Source: Candidatus Paceibacter sp.
GTDB lineage: Bacteria; Patescibacteriota; Minisyncoccia; Phycocordibacterales; GCA-2747955
Reading direction: 5' to 3'
Length of the DNA: 64,000 bases
Assembly: GCA_014237915.1 (NCBI GenBank)
Contig: JABACC010000006.1
Location: 9,510 to 73,509, forward strand
Numbering within the stretch: the stretch's first letter is position 1; the number at the start of each line of letters is the position of its first letter. The position numbers and the translations under genes were made by a program. The notes under the pieces were generated by a model that worked only from the letters and a program-made list of their open reading frames with translations, was not told where the DNA came from and did no database searches. Positions 61,050-64,000 of the stretch are shown here, piece after piece.

Positions 61050-62753
61050 ATGGCAATTTTAGATGAGTTTATAAAAAGTAATTTAATAGATAGATCAATA
61101 GTTTTTGATATTGAAAAAGAAATTTCCGAAGGAAAAATTTTAGACAGTGTCTTGGAGGAAGATTATAATATTGAAAAAGAAAAAATATTTGAGGTAAAAA
61201 AAAGTTACTATAAATTTCCAATAAAAGAATACAAAAATACAGATTTAATTGAAAATGAAATTTTAGATTATATCCCAAAAACTTCAGTTGAGCATTATAA
61301 AATTGCCCCTCTAGGAATTTCAGCAGACGGATATTTAGAAGTGGGAATGTTGGATCCCGATAATCCAACCACTCGTTCAGTTTTACAATTTATTTCTTCA
61401 AATGCTGGAATGCCCTATAGAATTTTTCTAATTTCTTTAGATCATTATAACTTTGTGTTAAGTCATTATTCAGGTTTGAAAGGAGAAGTTTCAGAAGCTT
61501 TAGGGGAATACGGAGATGAAGTTGAAACAATAAAAGAAGAAGAAGGAAAAGGTTTTGACCAAAACGACATAATAAGAGAAGATGCTCCAATTGCAAAAAT
61601 TGTAAAAAATATTTTAAAATATGCTACCGATTCAGGAGCTTCAGATGTTCATATAGAGCCAAAAGATAGAGATGTTGGGATAAGGTACAGAGTTGACGGT
61701 ATCTTAGAAGAAGGAATTGTTTTACCAAAAAATGTTCAGCTTTCAGTTATTGCTCGTATAAAAATTCTTTCAAACATGAAATTAGATGAGAGAAGAAGGC
61801 CACAAGATGGAAGATTTTCTGTAAATGTTTCGGGAAAAAAAATTGATTTTCGTGTTTCAACCTTTCCAACTTATTATGGAGAAAAAGTTGTGATGCGTCT
61901 CTTAAAGCAAGACATAGAGGCTATTCAAATAGAAGATTTAGGTTTTTCTGACGATAATTTGTCAAAAATAAAAAGAATTATAAAAAAACATTATGGAATA
62001 ATAGTTGTTTGTGGACCAACAGGTTCTGGAAAAACAAGTACGTTGTATTCACTTTTAAATGAAATTGATAAAGAAAAAAGAAATGTTGTTTCTTTGGAAA
62101 ATCCAATAGAGCTTAATGTTAAAGGTGTTTCTCAATCTCAAATAAGAGAAGACATCGGCTATACTTTCTCTTCCGGTCTAAGAACAATTTTAAGACAAGA
62201 TCCAGATATTATAATGGTTGGAGAGGTGCGTGATTCTGAAACTGCAAAACTTGCCATTCAGGCAGCACTAACAGGTCACCTTGTTTTGTCTACCATTCAC
62301 ACCAATACAGCAGCAGATGTTCCACAAAGATTAATCGATATGGGAGTCGAGCCATACTTAATTGGACCAACTCTACTAGCTTCAATCGGGCAAAGACTTG
62401 TGAGAAAAATTTGTGCTGGATCTGAAAATGAAATTCCTATGCCAAAAAATGTAAGAGAAAAAATAGACAAAACCCTAGAAGGTTTACCGGAAGAGTTTAA
62501 AAAAGATTTTATTCAAAAAACCATAACAGAGGCTTTGCCAACAGATACTTGTCCAACAGGGATGCGAGGAAGAACAGCTGTTTTTGAAATTTTAGAAACA
62601 ACAAAAGAAATTAGAAGAAAAATTTTAAAAGATCCTTCGTCGCTATCTATTTTTACAGAAGCCAGAAACCAAGGGTTTATAACTTTCAAGGAGGATGCTA
62701 TAAAAAAAGCTCTTGAGGGAAAAATAACAATAGAAGAAGCAATGTCTTTATAA
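61050..62753 (+). CDS. pilB: Type IV pilus assembly ATPase PilB (GspE family)
   Basis: Walker A 'GPTGSGKTST', 'IIMVGEVRD', His box, tetracysteine 'C..G....CPTG'. Confidence 0.85.
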   Translation: MAILDEFIKSNLIDRSIVFDIEKEISEGKILDSVLEEDYNIEKEKIFEVKKSYYKFPIKEYKNTDLIENEILDYIPKTSVEHYKIAPLGISADGYLEVGMLDPDNPTTRSVLQFISSNAGMPYRIFLISLDHYNFVLSHYSGLKGEVSEALGEYGDEVETIKEEEGKGFDQNDIIREDAPIAKIVKNILKYATDSGASDVHIEPKDRDVGIRYRVDGILEEGIVLPKNVQLSVIARIKILSNMKLDERRRPQDGRFSVNVSGKKIDFRVSTFPTYYGEKVVMRLLKQDIEAIQIEDLGFSDDNLSKIKRIIKKHYGIIVVCGPTGSGKTSTLYSLLNEIDKEKRNVVSLENPIELNVKGVSQSQIREDIGYTFSSGLRTILRQDPDIIMVGEVRDSETAKLAIQAALTGHLVLSTIHTNTAADVPQRLIDMGVEPYLIGPTLLASIGQRLVRKICAGSENEIPMPKNVREKIDKTLEGLPEEFKKDFIQKTITEALPTDTCPTGMRGRTAVFEILETTKEIRRKILKDPSSLSIFTEARNQGFITFKEDAIKKALEGKITIEEAMSL

Positions 62754-62786
62754 AATTTTCTAAAAAATGTTAAAATGTAAATAATT

Positions 62787-63860
62787 ATGGAAGATTCTAA
62801 AAAAAATATTAAAAAAATATTAAGTGATATTATAGAAATTGCTAGAAAAGAAAATGCCTCTGATGTTCACTTATCAGAAGGAAGAAATCCGATGCTTAGA
62901 ATAAACGGGGTTTTGGTGCCCATCACTTCTTTTCCAGAAATTAACAAAAAAGACATGGAAGAGTTTATTTTTCAACTACTTTCTCCAGATTCAAGATCTG
63001 AATTTATGAGTAAAAAGGAAATTGATTTTTCAAAAGAAATTTCTGGAGTTAGGCTTCGAGGAAACTGCTTTTTTCAACAAGGTTTTGTTAGTGTGGTTTT
63101 GAGACTTGTGCAAGAAAAAATAAAAAATCTTGAGGAGCTTAAATTACCAGAAATTTTAGAGGTTTTTGCAAGAAAAAAACAAGGTTTTTTTCTTGTTGTT
63201 GGTCCAACAGGACACGGAAAATCAACAACACTAGCTTCTATTTTAAATATTATAAATGAAAACAGAAACGCTCATATTTTAACAATCGAAGATCCAATAG
63301 AATTTGTTCATAAACAAAAAAAATCCATTATAGATCAAAGAGAAATAAAAATTGATACTAAAGATTTTCCAACAGCATTAAGGTCTATGTTTAGGCAAGA
63401 CATCGATGTTGTAATGCTTGGAGAAATGAGAGGACTTGAAACTATAAAAACAGCAGTAACAGCAGCAGAAACTGGACATCTTGTTTTATCAACCCTCCAC
63501 ACAAACTCAGCTTCGCAAACAATAGATAGAATTATCGACTCATTTCCAGCTGAACAACAAAAACAAATTAGAAATCAATTATCTGGATCTTTGATAGGAA
63601 TTTTTTCTCAAAGACTTATTAAATCAGTTTCAGGTGGAAGAATTCCTGCTTACGAACTTTTGATAAATAATTCTGCTGTTTCAAATTTAATAAGAGAGGG
63701 AAGAATTGCCGAAATTGATTCTTTTATTGAAACTTCTTATGAACAAGGAATGATAAGTTTTAATAGATCGTTAGCGGAACTTGTTAGAAAAGGGGAAATT
63801 ACCGTTGAAGATGCTTATGTTTATTCTCCAAAAACAAAATCATTAGAAAGAATGCTTTAA
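62787..63860 (+). CDS. pilT: Twitching-motility retraction ATPase PilT
   Basis: Walker A 'GPTGHGKSTT', 'VVMLGEMRG', 'HLVLSTLHT'. Confidence 0.85.
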   Translation: MEDSKKNIKKILSDIIEIARKENASDVHLSEGRNPMLRINGVLVPITSFPEINKKDMEEFIFQLLSPDSRSEFMSKKEIDFSKEISGVRLRGNCFFQQGFVSVVLRLVQEKIKNLEELKLPEILEVFARKKQGFFLVVGPTGHGKSTTLASILNIINENRNAHILTIEDPIEFVHKQKKSIIDQREIKIDTKDFPTALRSMFRQDIDVVMLGEMRGLETIKTAVTAAETGHLVLSTLHTNSASQTIDRIIDSFPAEQQKQIRNQLSGSLIGIFSQRLIKSVSGGRIPAYELLINNSAVSNLIREGRIAEIDSFIETSYEQGMISFNRSLAELVRKGEITVEDAYVYSPKTKSLERML

Positions 63861-63902
63861 ATTTCTTTTTTTAAAGTACAGGTGATATAATCGTTTTTAA
63901 TT

Positions 63903-64000
63903 ATGAAAAAAATTTTAATAGTAATTTTAATATTAATAGTTATTTTATTTTTATATAAAATTTTCACAAAAGAAACCGAGGTTTTAGAAAATAAAGTTCT
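63903..64000 (+). CDS. 5' fragment of a gene encoding a protein with an N-terminal TM/signal segment (runs off the window)
   Basis: 'MKKILIVILILIVILFLYKIF...'. Partial. Confidence 0.3.
   Translation, partial: MKKILIVILILIVILFLYKIFTKETEVLENKV

Overview
This is a 64 kb, very AT-rich bacterial chromosome segment (roughly 30% GC by eye; I did not compute it). Genes are small and tightly packed, and long ORFs are intact under the standard code, so a UGA-recoded code is unlikely. Gene content fits a reduced-genome, Patescibacteria/CPR-like bacterium: type IV pilus ATPases, an unlinked 23S-5S rRNA pair with an intron-like insertion in the 23S, and split r-protein and ATP synthase operons.

Housekeeping genes found: tyrS, mnmA, an ABC exporter, smpB, pth, lepB, a HisRS-like gene, rpsU, PBP2, an ATL-like protein, a trhO-like gene, a DnaQ-like exonuclease, xerC/D, an rluB-family synthase, glyQS, dnaG-rpoD, atpB-E-F, a cysteine desulfurase, Ctp, rplI, an S19-L22-S3-L16-L29-S17-L14-L24-L5-L31 ribosomal cluster, tmk, prmC/prfA, tgt, ftsEX, a Pif1-like helicase and a PilN/O-like + pilB + pilT block. 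Five tRNAs: an initiator-type CAU, a second CAU, Leu-CAA, Ile-GAU and Lys-UUU.

Accessory and unusual content is concentrated at 0-9.9 kb, 11.2-14.1 kb, 24.0-24.7 kb, 27.6-28.1 kb, 32.3-34.2 kb and 48-56 kb. It includes:
- a decaying enzyme cluster: a PhyH-like oxygenase, a PLP decarboxylase cut by one in-frame TAA, and a radical-SAM/SPASM remnant;
- a Panacea-domain toxin-antitoxin-like islet bounded by about 50-bp direct repeats;
- several families of near-identical intergenic repeats and hairpins;
- 5'-half duplications upstream of two tRNAs;
- a (GCA)11 poly-Ala micro-ORF behind a consensus promoter;
- a striking about 210-bp stretch just upstream of the 23S in which essentially every codon is NNC, within a strongly expressed small membrane-protein ORF;
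- a paralogous family of secreted Cys-motif proteins placed right after the 5S.

All protein calls rest on motifs read from the supplied translations. No database search was possible.
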